Shown piece by piece: positions 47,640 to 56,753 of a stretch of 64,000 nt of DNA. The stretch spans positions 3,823 through 67,822 of the forward strand of contig DASZDK010000063.1 in assembly GCA_035942035.1 (NCBI GenBank). Direction: 5' to 3'. The stretch is from Acidimicrobiales bacterium. GTDB taxonomy: Bacteria; Actinomycetota; Acidimicrobiia; Acidimicrobiales; CADCSY01. Under the pieces are notes generated by a model. The model worked only from the letters and a program-made list of their open reading frames with translations, searched no databases and was not told the origin of the DNA. The position numbers were made by a program, and so were the translations under genes. Within the stretch, counting starts at the first letter, position 1; each line of letters opens with the position of its first letter.

Positions 47640-48758
47640 CTACGCCGCGAGCGGAACGGCGCGGGCTTTGGCCAGCGCCACGGCAAGCCGAGACAGGATC
47701 GTCAGGTCGGCGTGCAGCCGTACCCGCTCGATCCGACGCACCCGGAGGGGCAGCAGCGCCCATTCGTGCTTCAACCGGCCGAAACCTCGCTCGACGCCAC
47801 CACGGCTCCGGTAAAGGGCCTTCCAACGGGCCGTCTCCCGAGGGATGAGGGTGTGCAGCCGGTCAGCCTTGATCCACACGCTGGCCGGGGAGCACTCGCC
47901 AGAGGGGCAGCGGTACTTGGCCGCTCCACGCTTGGCGTCGGAACCGGCGGAGGTCCACCGGCCGTGCTCGCACGAAGGGGGCAGGTGCTAACCAGCCACG
48001 ACCTTGCCGGTCATGCGGAGCGGTGCCACCGGTCGGACGTTGCGAGCCTCGCACGCTTCGTAGAACGAACCGGCGTCGTAGCCCTTGTCAGCGATGCAGA
48101 CGGAAGGCGTGATCCCGTAGCCGGCCAGCTTGTCCGGCAGCGCCGGAACGACCGGGACCTTTGCGTCTCGCGCCGTGTGCGTCTCCCACGCCACCGGAAG
48201 GTCAGTGGCCGTGCAGACGGCAGCGTGGAGTTTGTAGCCGTAGAACCCTCCGCCCTTGCGGGTGGAGACGGCCGAACGGTGGCCCCACGACGCGTCGGGG
48301 TCAGAGAACCGCTCCCGCAGCTTTCCGCCCTTGCACACGAGCCGCTGGCCGTTGGCGTAGGCGGGAAGATCGGAGCCGTCGATGGCGACGTGCTCGCCGT
48401 ACTCAGGCAACTCGACGTGCAGGGAGGCGATGACGGCTGCGATGCAGGTGTCCAGCGCACCCCTGTGCTCGCGCAGCTTGCGGGTGAAGCGGTAGCAGGC
48501 GTCAACCGAGGGAGCGCCACCGATGGCCTTGCGGAGCGCAGCGTGCTCGCCTACCAAACGAACGGTGCGGGTCCACGTCGGCAGCACGTAGAGCGACTTC
48601 ACCAGCGTCATGCCCACCATCGTGCGGATGGGGTAACCAGGGCGCCCGGTGCAGCGCGTCGCTTGAAGATCGGCGATGAGAGCGGCGACCTCCGGGCTAC
48701 GGAAGCAGGCTCGCAAGCTGTTCGGCGTCGCGCCGAGGAGTACGGTGGCCTTGGCCAT
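47640..48758 (-). pseudogene. IS5/IS1182-like DDE transposase interrupted by one in-frame TAG (47990..47988)
   Basis: ORFs 47988..48758 and 47640..47879 share one frame. DUF772-like N-terminus (GRPGYPIRTMVGMTLVKSLY) and a DDE triad context: AIDGSD, IADKGYD, VERGFGRLKHEW. Confidence 0.85.
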
Positions 48759-48907
48759 GGAGGTGCAACTCCTTGGTCCAGACCCCGGGAGGTTGCCGCC
48801 TCGCCGGGGTCACTCCTTCGTTTAGGTCGTCCTACCTCTCATACTACGAGAGGGGTGGGACAGTAATGAACCCGTTGCGCCCACCTATTGAAGCGAAATA
48901 CCCCTCG

Positions 48908-49756
48908 TTACGCAGCTGGCTCGAAATCGCGGAGCAGTTGGGCGAACAGAGTACCAGCGGCATCAAGGAACTCCACGGGGCCCCATACATACTCAGGCGG
49001 CATCCCCAACGCTGTGGGGGATTCCAGGATGACTTTCCCGGTGACTTGGATATTGAAGTCACAATCGGGATGAGGGCCGGTGGGTACCACGAAGGCTCTC
49101 AATACTTCCACGTCCGGCTCCAGCACACGCAGGTCGCCGTTGATCTCCACGGAAACGAGCGACCCGTCCGGCATTGGACGGCTACCGGGTTGGCAGTCGC
49201 GGTATGCGCTGAGGAGGTGCTGGTATGTGCTCTGATGAGCAACATCAGTGACAACATGCAAGAGTCGGTGTTTGTCGATGTTGGAAAACACGGTGAGGTC
49301 GAAGAACGCATTTCGTTCGCTCGGCCCACGCGGGTTGAACGGCTGGTCCCGTTTCAAGAAGGCCTTGTCCTCGGCGGTCATCTGCTGAGTGTGCCGGTGT
49401 CCTTCCCAATCGTGCTCACTCATGACCACCGGGAATTGGACCGAGCGAGCCAGTTTCTCGGCTGGCTCTCTGCCGTCGTTAAAACGAATGGCAAGCTGCC
49501 ACGCCAAATGATCAACGACGCACCGGAGATTGTGGAGGGCATCTCCGAGGATGAGCGCCCAGTCCTCCGGTACTTCGGGGACTTCTTTGATGCGACAGAC
49601 AACGGCTTGCTCCTCAGCGTCGTATTCACGCCAAACGGGGATACCGTCGGTGTAGGGCTTCCATGCCTCAGCAATCTCACCACGCAGCCGGTCGGCATGG
49701 TGTTTCGCTCTAGCGAGCTTTGCCCAGCAGCTTGATAAGTCGAGTTGATAGGTCAC
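48908..49756 (-). CDS. Hypothetical passenger protein of the transposon (start uncertain; frame is open to TTG 50014)
   Basis: The lowest-GC gene in the window by eye, with real-looking composition. AAGGGG lies before GTG 49756. Motifs NLRCVVDHL (Rx4H) and SNIDKHRLLH. Confidence 0.65.
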   Translation of the reverse strand: MTYQLDLSSCWAKLARAKHHADRLRGEIAEAWKPYTDGIPVWREYDAEEQAVVCRIKEVPEVPEDWALILGDALHNLRCVVDHLAWQLAIRFNDGREPAEKLARSVQFPVVMSEHDWEGHRHTQQMTAEDKAFLKRDQPFNPRGPSERNAFFDLTVFSNIDKHRLLHVVTDVAHQSTYQHLLSAYRDCQPGSRPMPDGSLVSVEINGDLRVLEPDVEVLRAFVVPTGPHPDCDFNIQVTGKVILESPTALGMPPEYVWGPVEFLDAAGTLFAQLLRDFEPAA

Positions 49757-50080
49757 GATGCCCCTTACGCTTCCCTTTCGCGTCGGTCCCACAACGCAAA
49801 AGGGCCACCCGGCGAGGGGGGGCCCAAAGAGAAGGACGGCGCTGCTCTTGACAGCGTCTTCGATCGGTCCGGGAGGCTCCCCGTGCCGGTCGGCTCCGGT
49901 GCTCACCCTGGCAGGGGTGGGCACCTTCGCGTTGGCGCGCGCGAGGCTACCGGTCGGAATGACAAACGGTGTCGATTTTGTTATTCGCTGCCCCGTGGGG
50001 TAGCCGACCGGCAATCGTGAGGTACTGCCAACCCCGCTACCGGCGAACGGACGCCCCTACCTGCGCCGACGCGTTTCGCT

Positions 50081-50093
50081 GGACCCTCCTAGG
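50081..50093. repeat. Right copy of the 13-bp perfect inverted repeat (GGACCCTCCTAGG), read as the IR-R terminus plus CTAG
   Basis: Reverse complement of 47459..47471. Confidence 0.6.
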
Positions 50094-50113
50094 CACCAGC
50101 ACGGGCCCGGGCT

Positions 50114-50422
50114 TCACCCCCATACCGCTTCCAGGGCCACCAGCATCGCCATCCCGACCACCAGGGTCACCCCCACGTTGCGGGTGCGCCACGCCACCAG
50201 CGCCGCCACCACCCCGGCGAACAGTCGTGGCTGGAGCAGGTGCAGCTGCCCCTCGGGCCGAACCAGCGCCGGCACGACGAGGGCGGCCAGCGCGGCCGGG
50301 GGGATCTGGCGCAGGAGGCGTGCCACACCGGGCGGCACGTGTGCCAGGCGGTGGGCGGCGGCGAGGAACGAGGCGCGCATGGCGTAGGTACCCACCCCGG
50401 ACACCACGATGGCCAGCCACAC
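50114..50422 (-). CDS. azlD: AzlD-like branched-chain amino-acid exporter small subunit
   Basis: About 100-aa, 3-4 TM protein directly after azlC. GTG start at 50422. Confidence 0.8.
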   Translation of the reverse strand: MWLAIVVSGVGTYAMRASFLAAAHRLAHVPPGVARLLRQIPPAALAALVVPALVRPEGQLHLLQPRLFAGVVAALVAWRTRNVGVTLVVGMAMLVALEAVWG

Positions 50423-50426
50423 CCCG

Positions 50427-51149
50427 CTACTCACGGGCCGTCCGGTCGGGACGGTGCCCGGCGCGCTCCGCGAGTGCGTCGACGACCGCTCCCGAGGCGA
50501 TGCCCAGTGCGGCACCGATCACGATGGACAGCGGCCCGGCGCCCAGCTGGGCGGCGGCGACGGCGCCTGCGCCCCCGATCACCGCCGCGGCCACGGCGGG
50601 GCGGGTGGTGACCAGCGGGACGAGCAGCACGAGGAAGACCAGCGGCACGGCGAAGTCGAGGGGGAGCTCCGCGGGGACGGCCCCGCCCAACACCACGCCG
50701 GCGATGGTGGCCGCTTGCCATGCCACCCACAGCACGACCGCGCCGCCCAGGTAGAAGGACAGGCGCGCCTCGGGGTTCCCGCCGCCGGCCCACCGGGCGA
50801 TCGAGAGTGCATAGGCCTGGTCGGTCAGCAGGTAGGCGGCACCGAGGCGACGAGCGAGGCGCTCATGGCGCAGGTACGGCCCCAACGACGCCGAGTACAG
50901 CACCATGCGCAGGTTGATGGTCCACGCCACCAGGACGGCGGCGAGGGCGGAGCCGCCGTTGGCCAGCACCTCGGCGGCGGCGAGCTGCGAGGCGCCGGCG
51001 AACACGATGGTCGACAGGCCGAGCGCCGCCCATCCGCCGAGGCCCCCGGCGACCGGCGCGGCGCCGGCCACCAACCCGAAGGGCACGACACCGAGGAGCA
51101 TCGGTGCCACGGCGACGGCCCCGGCACGGGCTTCGGACAACGACCACAT
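50427..51149 (-). CDS. azlC: AzlC family branched-chain amino-acid transport protein
   Basis: PFGLVAGA...FAGASQLAA...LRMVLYSASL...LLTDQAY pattern. Confidence 0.88.
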   Translation of the reverse strand: MWSLSEARAGAVAVAPMLLGVVPFGLVAGAAPVAGGLGGWAALGLSTIVFAGASQLAAAEVLANGGSALAAVLVAWTINLRMVLYSASLGPYLRHERLARRLGAAYLLTDQAYALSIARWAGGGNPEARLSFYLGGAVVLWVAWQAATIAGVVLGGAVPAELPLDFAVPLVFLVLLVPLVTTRPAVAAAVIGGAGAVAAAQLGAGPLSIVIGAALGIASGAVVDALAERAGHRPDRTARE

Positions 51150-51213
51150 CCGACGATGATGGTGGTTCTCACCCCCGGGGGGCGCACCATTTCCGGGCCC
51201 GGCCGATGGTGCG

Positions 51214-52989
51214 TCAGATTCGCGGCGGGTCGACCGCCACCCGCAGTCGCCCGGGGGGCCGGGGAACGGCGGCCAGGGCATCGCACAGGCGGCGATGGTC
51301 GGGCGCCCGCACCAACCAGGAGCCCTCGGCCGGACCGAGGACCTCCACCTCCGGCTGCTCGCGGACCTGCTCGACGAACGCTGGCGCCGGTCCGCCCGAG
51401 ACCACCGCCAACGCCGTCGTAGGCGGAAAGCGCAGCGCCTCCCGCCGCTCGGCCTCGGCCGCCGCCACCCGTGCCGGGTCGGCGTGCAGGGCCGCCTCCA
51501 CCACTTCGTGGCGGGGCAGCCGGGTCTGCAGCACCAGGCGCCCCCCTTCCGACTTGCCGCCGAGGAGGCGGGCGGCCCGGGCCACCAGGGCCATGGCCTG
51601 CTCGGCCGCCCGATACCGGGGCGCCAGGAGCTCGGCATCCAGGTCGAGGAAGGCCACGACACCCGCAGAGGGGGCCCGGTGGAGCACGGCCTCGGTGCCG
51701 ACCAGCACCCGTCCCTCGGTGCCTCCCCCGGTGTCACGGTCACCGGTGACCTCCTTCACCGGGGTGCCCGCCAGCCGCTCGAGGTCCTCCCGGGCCCGGC
51801 TCACCCCCGGGCGCAGCAGCCTGAGCCGGCCCGCCCCGCACGACAGGCAGCTGGACGGGCGGGCGGCGTCACAGCGCCGGCACACCAGCACCGCCTCCTC
51901 GTCGCCGACGGCCACCACCGCGCCACAGTCAGGGCACCGGGCCAGGTCGCCGCAGGCCCGGCAGGCCAGCATGGCAGCTCGTCCCTTGCGGTTGAGCACG
52001 CACACCGCCGGCCGGGTGCTGCCGGCGCCGGTGCTCGCACCGCCGGCCGCCGCCGCCCGCACCAGCCCCACCAGCCGGGGCGAGTACAGGTCCGCCCGCA
52101 GCGGCTCCTCCTTGCGCCGGTCGACCACCTCCACCACCGGCCATCCCGCCCGCTCCGCCGCCCGGGACGGGACCAGCTGCGGCGCCCAGGCCAGGGCCTC
52201 CAGCGAGGGGCAGGGCGAGACCCACACGCAGCGGGCGCCGGCGCGACGAGCCCGCTCAGCGGCGACGTCACGGGCGTTCCACGTCGGCTGCGACTCCTCC
52301 TGGTGGGCCTCGTCGTGCTCGTCGAGCACCACCACGGCGGCCAGGTCGACCGCCGGCGCCCACGCCGCCGCCCGGGCGCCGACCACCACCCGCGCCCCGG
52401 CCGCCGCCGCCGCCCACTCCCCCGGCACCAGCGCCCTCGACACCCCGGTGCGCCGCAGCCGGCGGGCCAGATCGGCGGCCGCCGCCGTGGACGGCGCCAC
52501 CACCAGGGTCGTCCCCCGCCGGGCGGCCTCGACCACCAGCGGAAGGACATCCGCCCCAGGCGGCAGGCGCAGCACCGAGCGGGGCAGCGCCAGCGCCTCG
52601 GCGGTCAGCTCATCGGCACCGGCGCCGCCTCCCGCCGGCGGCGCTGCGCGGGCGAGCGAGGGCAGTGCCCGTACCGCCCGCGGCGGCGAGGCGGTGCGCA
52701 GCAGGTGGGCCCGCCGGCCCGACCACCGCCACGCCGCCCACACCGCCAGCTCCAACAGCTCGGGCGCCGGCCCCCAGCCGGTGACCTTGGCCAGCGGCCG
52801 CAGCGCCACGCCCGCCGGGGGCGACACGTGGTCGGCCACCACCCAGCCCCGCACCCGCCGGCCGTGGAGCTGGACCCGCACCATGGTCCCCGCCCGCACG
52901 TGGTCGGCCATGCCCTCGGGGACGAGGTAGTCGAACTCCTTGTCGATGGCAGGGACGTCCGGGAGGACCCGGACGGCGCGGGCGGCCAG
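51214..52989 (-). CDS. priA: Primosomal protein N-prime (PriA), actinobacterial type with a degenerate Walker A (no canonical start; CTG 52989 proposed)
   Basis: The conserved N-terminus AVRVLPDVPAIDKEFDYLVPEG lies upstream of the first ATG at 52911. Cys-rich zinc region CRACG..CPDCG..CRRC..CLSCG. VVLDEHDEAH. Confidence 0.88.
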   Translation of the reverse strand: MAARAVRVLPDVPAIDKEFDYLVPEGMADHVRAGTMVRVQLHGRRVRGWVVADHVSPPAGVALRPLAKVTGWGPAPELLELAVWAAWRWSGRRAHLLRTASPPRAVRALPSLARAAPPAGGGAGADELTAEALALPRSVLRLPPGADVLPLVVEAARRGTTLVVAPSTAAAADLARRLRRTGVSRALVPGEWAAAAAGARVVVGARAAAWAPAVDLAAVVVLDEHDEAHQEESQPTWNARDVAAERARRAGARCVWVSPCPSLEALAWAPQLVPSRAAERAGWPVVEVVDRRKEEPLRADLYSPRLVGLVRAAAAGGASTGAGSTRPAVCVLNRKGRAAMLACRACGDLARCPDCGAVVAVGDEEAVLVCRRCDAARPSSCLSCGAGRLRLLRPGVSRAREDLERLAGTPVKEVTGDRDTGGGTEGRVLVGTEAVLHRAPSAGVVAFLDLDAELLAPRYRAAEQAMALVARAARLLGGKSEGGRLVLQTRLPRHEVVEAALHADPARVAAAEAERREALRFPPTTALAVVSGGPAPAFVEQVREQPEVEVLGPAEGSWLVRAPDHRRLCDALAAVPRPPGRLRVAVDPPRI

Positions 52990-53025
52990 GGGGCTGGGGG
53001 TTGACGCCCGTCCGACCCGGCTGCC

Positions 53026-54216
53026 CTAGAGCCCGAGGGCGGAGGTCAGGTCGTCGAGGCGGGGGGTGGCCTCCCAGGTGAAGTCCTTGTCGGCCCGGCC
53101 GAAGTGCCCGTAGGCGGCGGTGCGCTGGAAGATGGGCCGGCGCAGGTCCAGGTCACGCAGGATGGCCGCCGGCCGCAGGTCGAAGATGTCCTGGACGGCG
53201 CCCTCGATCTTCGCCGGGTCGACGGTCTCGGTGCCGAAGGTCTCCACCAGCAGGGACACCGGGTGGGCGACGCCGATGGCATAGGCCACCTGGACCTCGC
53301 AGCGGCTGGCGGCGCCGGCGGCCACGACGTGCTTGGCCACCCAGCGGGCGGCGTAGGCCGCCGAGCGGTCGACCTTGGTCGGGTCCTTGCCCGAAAAGGC
53401 GCCGCCGCCGTGGCGGGCCGTCCCCCCGTAGGTGTCGACGATGATCTTGCGCCCGGTGAGGCCGGTGTCGGCGGCGGGTCCGCCCAGCTCGAAGGTCCCG
53501 GTGGGGTTGACCAGGACGTCGATGTCGTCGTCGAAGCCGGCCGGCAGGAGCGGGTGGATGACGTGCTCCTCGAGGTCGGGCTTGATGAGGGTCTCGGTGT
53601 CGAGGCCGGGCTGGTGCTGGGTGGACACCACCACCGTGCGCAGCCGCACTGGGCGACCGTCCTCGTAGTCGAAGCTCACCTGGGTCTTCCCGTCGGGGCG
53701 GAGGTAGGGCAGGATCCCCGCCTTGCGCACCTCGGCCAGACGGCGGGCCAGGCGGTGCGCCAGCCAGATCGGCATGGGCATCAGGTCTTCGGTCTCGTCG
53801 CAGGCGTAGCCGAACATCATCCCCTGGTCGCCGGCGCCCTGGGCGTTGAGGGCGTCTTCCATCGACAGGCCGGTGCGGCGCTCGTAGGCCGTCTCGACGC
53901 CGCGGGCGATGTCGGGTGACTGCTCGTCGATCGAGATCATCACCCCGCAGGTGTGGCCGTCGAAGCCGAAGGACTCCCGGTCGTAGCCGACGCCGCAGAT
54001 GGTCTCGCGCACGATCTTGGGGATGTCGACGTAGGCGTCGGTGGTGATCTCACCGGCGACCACGGCCAGGCCGGTGGTGAGCAGTGTCTCGCACGCCACC
54101 CGCCCGTAGGGGTCGTTGGCCAGGATGGCGTCGAGGATGGCGTCGGAGACCTGGTCGGCCATCTTGTCGGGATGGCCCTCGGTCACCGATTCCGAGGTGA
54201 AGGTGTAACGGTTCAC
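53026..54216 (-). CDS. metK: S-adenosylmethionine synthase
   Basis: [53 protein letters not shown]. Confidence 0.96.
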   Translation of the reverse strand: MNRYTFTSESVTEGHPDKMADQVSDAILDAILANDPYGRVACETLLTTGLAVVAGEITTDAYVDIPKIVRETICGVGYDRESFGFDGHTCGVMISIDEQSPDIARGVETAYERRTGLSMEDALNAQGAGDQGMMFGYACDETEDLMPMPIWLAHRLARRLAEVRKAGILPYLRPDGKTQVSFDYEDGRPVRLRTVVVSTQHQPGLDTETLIKPDLEEHVIHPLLPAGFDDDIDVLVNPTGTFELGGPAADTGLTGRKIIVDTYGGTARHGGGAFSGKDPTKVDRSAAYAARWVAKHVVAAGAASRCEVQVAYAIGVAHPVSLLVETFGTETVDPAKIEGAVQDIFDLRPAAILRDLDLRRPIFQRTAAYGHFGRADKDFTWEATPRLDDLTSALGL

Positions 54217-55412
54217 GAACTGCTCCTGTGGGCGAGGACGGCGTCGAGCACGGCGCGGGCGATGGCCCGCTTGTCGTCGAGCCCTCCATTCAAGTCGATC
54301 CCCGACGTCGACAGGACCGTCACGGCGTTGGTGTCGTGCTCGAAGCCGGCACCGGGCGCCGACACGTCGTTGGCCACCACCAGGTCGACGCCCTTGGCGC
54401 GCAGCTTCTCGGCCGCGCCGGGGCGGGGGTCGCCCCACTCGGCGGCGAAGCCCACCAGGGTCTGCCCGGGACGGCGGCGGGCGGTCAGCGCGGCGAGGAT
54501 GTCGGGGGTCGGCTCGAGGGCGACCTCGGGAAGACCGTCGGCCCGACGCAGCTTGGACGGCGCCACCGCCCGGGGCCGGAAGTCGGCGACCGCCGCCGCC
54601 ATCAGCACCACGTCGGCGGCGTCGCCGTGCGCCAGCACCGCCTGTTCCATCTCCGCCGCCGTGTCGACGTTCACCACGTCGACGCCCGGCGCCACCGGGC
54701 GCTCAGCAGTGGTGACCAGGGTGACCCGGGCCCCCCGGGCGGCGGCCTCGTCGGCCAGGGCGTGGCCCTGCTTGCCCGAGGAGCGGTTGCCGAGGAAGCG
54801 CACCGGGTCGAGGGGCTCGCGGGTGCCGCCGGCGGTGACCAGCACCCGCAGCCCGGCCAGGTCGCCGGTGCCGGCGCCACCCAGCACCGAGGCGCAGGCG
54901 GCCACGATCTCGGCCGGCTCGACCAGGCGCCCGGGGCCCACGTCTCCCCCGGCCAGGGGCCCGGCCGCCGGCCCGACCACGTGCACGCCCCGTTGGCGCA
55001 GGGTCGCCACGTTGGCCTGCACGGCTGGCTGCTCCCACATCTCGGTGTGCATGGCCGGGCAGACCACCACCGGCGCCCGGGTGGCCAGCAGGGTGGCCAC
55101 CAGGAGATCGTCGGACAGACCGACGGCGTAGGCGGCCAGCAGTCGGGCGGTCGCCGGCGCCACCACCACCAGGTCGGCCTCGCCGCCCAGCGTGGTGTGG
55201 GGGCTGGGCTCGGGCCCGTCCCACAACGAGGTGCGGGCCGGCTCGCTGGCCAGCGCCGAGAACGTGGTGGCGGTGACGAAGCGGAGAGCGGCTTCGGTGA
55301 GCACAGGGCGCACCACGGCGCCGGCGTCGACCAGCAGCCGGCAGACCTCGATGGCCTTGTAAGCGGCGATGCCGCCGGAGACGCCGAGGACGACCCGGCG
55401 ACCCTCGAGCAC
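54213..55412 (-). CDS. coaBC: Bifunctional phosphopantothenoylcysteine decarboxylase / phosphopantothenate--cysteine ligase
   Basis: [43 protein letters not shown]. Confidence 0.94.
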   Translation of the reverse strand: MLEGRRVVLGVSGGIAAYKAIEVCRLLVDAGAVVRPVLTEAALRFVTATTFSALASEPARTSLWDGPEPSPHTTLGGEADLVVVAPATARLLAAYAVGLSDDLLVATLLATRAPVVVCPAMHTEMWEQPAVQANVATLRQRGVHVVGPAAGPLAGGDVGPGRLVEPAEIVAACASVLGGAGTGDLAGLRVLVTAGGTREPLDPVRFLGNRSSGKQGHALADEAAARGARVTLVTTAERPVAPGVDVVNVDTAAEMEQAVLAHGDAADVVLMAAAVADFRPRAVAPSKLRRADGLPEVALEPTPDILAALTARRRPGQTLVGFAAEWGDPRPGAAEKLRAKGVDLVVANDVSAPGAGFEHDTNAVTVLSTSGIDLNGGLDDKRAIARAVLDAVLAHRSSS

Positions 55413-55419
55413 CGGGGTG

Positions 55420-55773
55420 CTACGAGGGCTCGGGGGCTTCGCCTCCGGCCGTCTCGTCGCCGGCCACCTCGTCGCTGAGTGTGCCCACCGGGCCCCATTC
55501 GCGATCGGTCTCGAGCTGCTGCTCGACGCTGTCGAGCCCGGTGTCGTCGGCGGTGCGCTCGTAGGTGATCTTGGCAGCGGCGATCTCCTCGAAGGCGATG
55601 GAGAGCGGCTTGCGGGCGGTGGAGGCCACCTGGGGCGGGACGATGGCCCCGAGGCCTTCACCCAGGTGGTTGAAGTAGGAGTTGATCTGGCGGGCCCGGC
55701 GGGAGGCCACCGTGACGAGGGTGAACTTCGAGTCGACCCGCGCGAGCAGGTCCTCGATGGGCGGGTTCATCAT
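55420..55773 (-). CDS. rpoZ: DNA-directed RNA polymerase subunit omega
   Basis: MMNPPIEDLLARVDSKFTLVTVASRRARQIN, plus an acidic C-terminal tail. Confidence 0.9.
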   Translation of the reverse strand: MMNPPIEDLLARVDSKFTLVTVASRRARQINSYFNHLGEGLGAIVPPQVASTARKPLSIAFEEIAAAKITYERTADDTGLDSVEQQLETDREWGPVGTLSDEVAGDETAGGEAPEPS

Positions 55774-55844
55774 GGTGTCCTGGCGCCACGGCATGGGCGC
55801 AAGACTACCAGGCCCCCTCGGGCGCGCCCCTCGCTCGCTCGTTG

Positions 55845-56390
55845 CTAGTGGCCTCGCTCGGCCCGGGCGGCGGCGATGAGGCAGACCATCTCCTCCACGG
55901 CCCGGTCCAGGTCGTCGTTGACCACCACCGCCGCGCCCAGCTCGCCCGCCGCCGCCGCCTCTTCCCCCGCCTTGGCCAGGCGCTGGGCGATCAGGTGCTC
56001 GGCGTCACCCCGGCCCTCCAGGCGGCGCCGCTGCTCCTCGGGCGACGGCGGCACCACGAAGATCAACAGCGCCGTCGGGTCCCGCTCGTGGACCTGGCGG
56101 GCCCCTTGGACCTCGATCTCCAGCAGGGTGTCGCAGCCGGGCGGCGGCGACGGCACCGGGGTGCCGTACAGGTTGCCCAGGAACTCGGCCCACTCCAGGA
56201 AACCCTCACGCGCCACCTCCCGGAGGAAGCGCTCGCGGTCGACGAACACGTAGGCGTCGTCAGGCTCACCCGGCCGGCGGGGGCGGGTGGTCCATGACCG
56301 GCTCAGCCACAACCGGGGGTCGAGCTGCAACAGGCGCTCGACCAGCGTTCCCTTCCCGACCCCTCCGGGGCCGGAGACGACGACGAGCAC
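55845..56390 (-). CDS. gmk: Guanylate kinase
   Basis: VVSGPGGVGKGT P-loop and a GMP-binding region. Confidence 0.94.
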   Translation of the reverse strand: MLVVVSGPGGVGKGTLVERLLQLDPRLWLSRSWTTRPRRPGEPDDAYVFVDRERFLREVAREGFLEWAEFLGNLYGTPVPSPPPGCDTLLEIEVQGARQVHERDPTALLIFVVPPSPEEQRRRLEGRGDAEHLIAQRLAKAGEEAAAAGELGAAVVVNDDLDRAVEEMVCLIAAARAERGH

Positions 56391-56399
56391 GTGCCGGCG

Positions 56400-56717
56400 T
56401 CAGCGGGGGAAGCGCTTGAGCAGAGCCTCCCGCTGTTGCGTGCCCAGCCCGCGCACGCGGCGGTTCTCGCTGATCTGGAGCTCCTCCATCAAGCGGCGGG
56501 CCTTGACCTTGCCCAGCCCGGGCAGCGACTCGAGCACGGTGAGGACCTTCATCTTGCCCACCGTCTCGTCCCGCTCGGCCAGGTCGAACAGCTCGGGCAG
56601 CGAGGTGGAGCCCATCTTGAGCTTCTCCTTCAGCTCTGCCCGCACACGCCGGGCGACCGCCGCCTTGTCGAGCGCGGCCTGGCGCTGGTCGGGCGAGAGC
56701 TCTGGCGGCAGCGGCAT
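56400..56717 (-). CDS. mihF: Actinobacterial integration host factor MihF
   Basis: LSPDQRQAALDKAAVARRVRAELK...LPGLGKVKARRLMEEL. Canonical position between pyrF and gmk. Confidence 0.9.
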   Translation of the reverse strand: MPLPPELSPDQRQAALDKAAVARRVRAELKEKLKMGSTSLPELFDLAERDETVGKMKVLTVLESLPGLGKVKARRLMEELQISENRRVRGLGTQQREALLKRFPR

Positions 56718-56753
56718 GGCCGCGAACCCTAGTGCAGGGCCCTCGCCGCCGGC

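Larger units (their letters stand above)
47464..50088. mobile_element. IS5-family-like transposon (2625 bp) with a passenger gene, flanked by a CTAG duplication
   Basis: Terminal inverted repeats GAGGGTCC(G/A)GCGA(TT/AA)CG. CTAG at 47460..47463 and 50089..50092. A DDE transposase lies inside. Visibly lower GC than the flanks. Confidence 0.65.

Noticed and set aside
47988-47990. In-frame TAG in the transposase as a pyrrolysine codon
   Set aside because: Nothing in the window suggests Pyl machinery, the context is a mobile-element gene, and a simple nonsense mutation is much more likely.
47534-48838. Alternative, tighter IS boundaries (about 47534..47556 against 48819..48838) that would exclude the passenger gene
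   Set aside because: The similarity is weak and gapped (roughly 15 of 22 positions), with no flanking duplication. The outer 13-bp perfect repeat with CTAG duplication is far stronger. A nested arrangement cannot be excluded.
48773-49735. 320-aa plus-strand ORF inside the transposon
   Set aside because: It is antisense to the passenger gene. The minus-strand product has more protein-like composition and a Shine-Dalgarno/start context, so I kept the minus-strand call. This choice is not certain.
51214-52989. PriA lacking a Walker A GxxGxGKT motif (LRLPPGADVLPLV instead), considered as a possible sign of decay
   Set aside because: As far as I recall, actinobacterial PriA proteins typically have this degenerate motif. 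The ORF is intact and keeps the zinc-binding Cys cluster, so this is lineage-typical.
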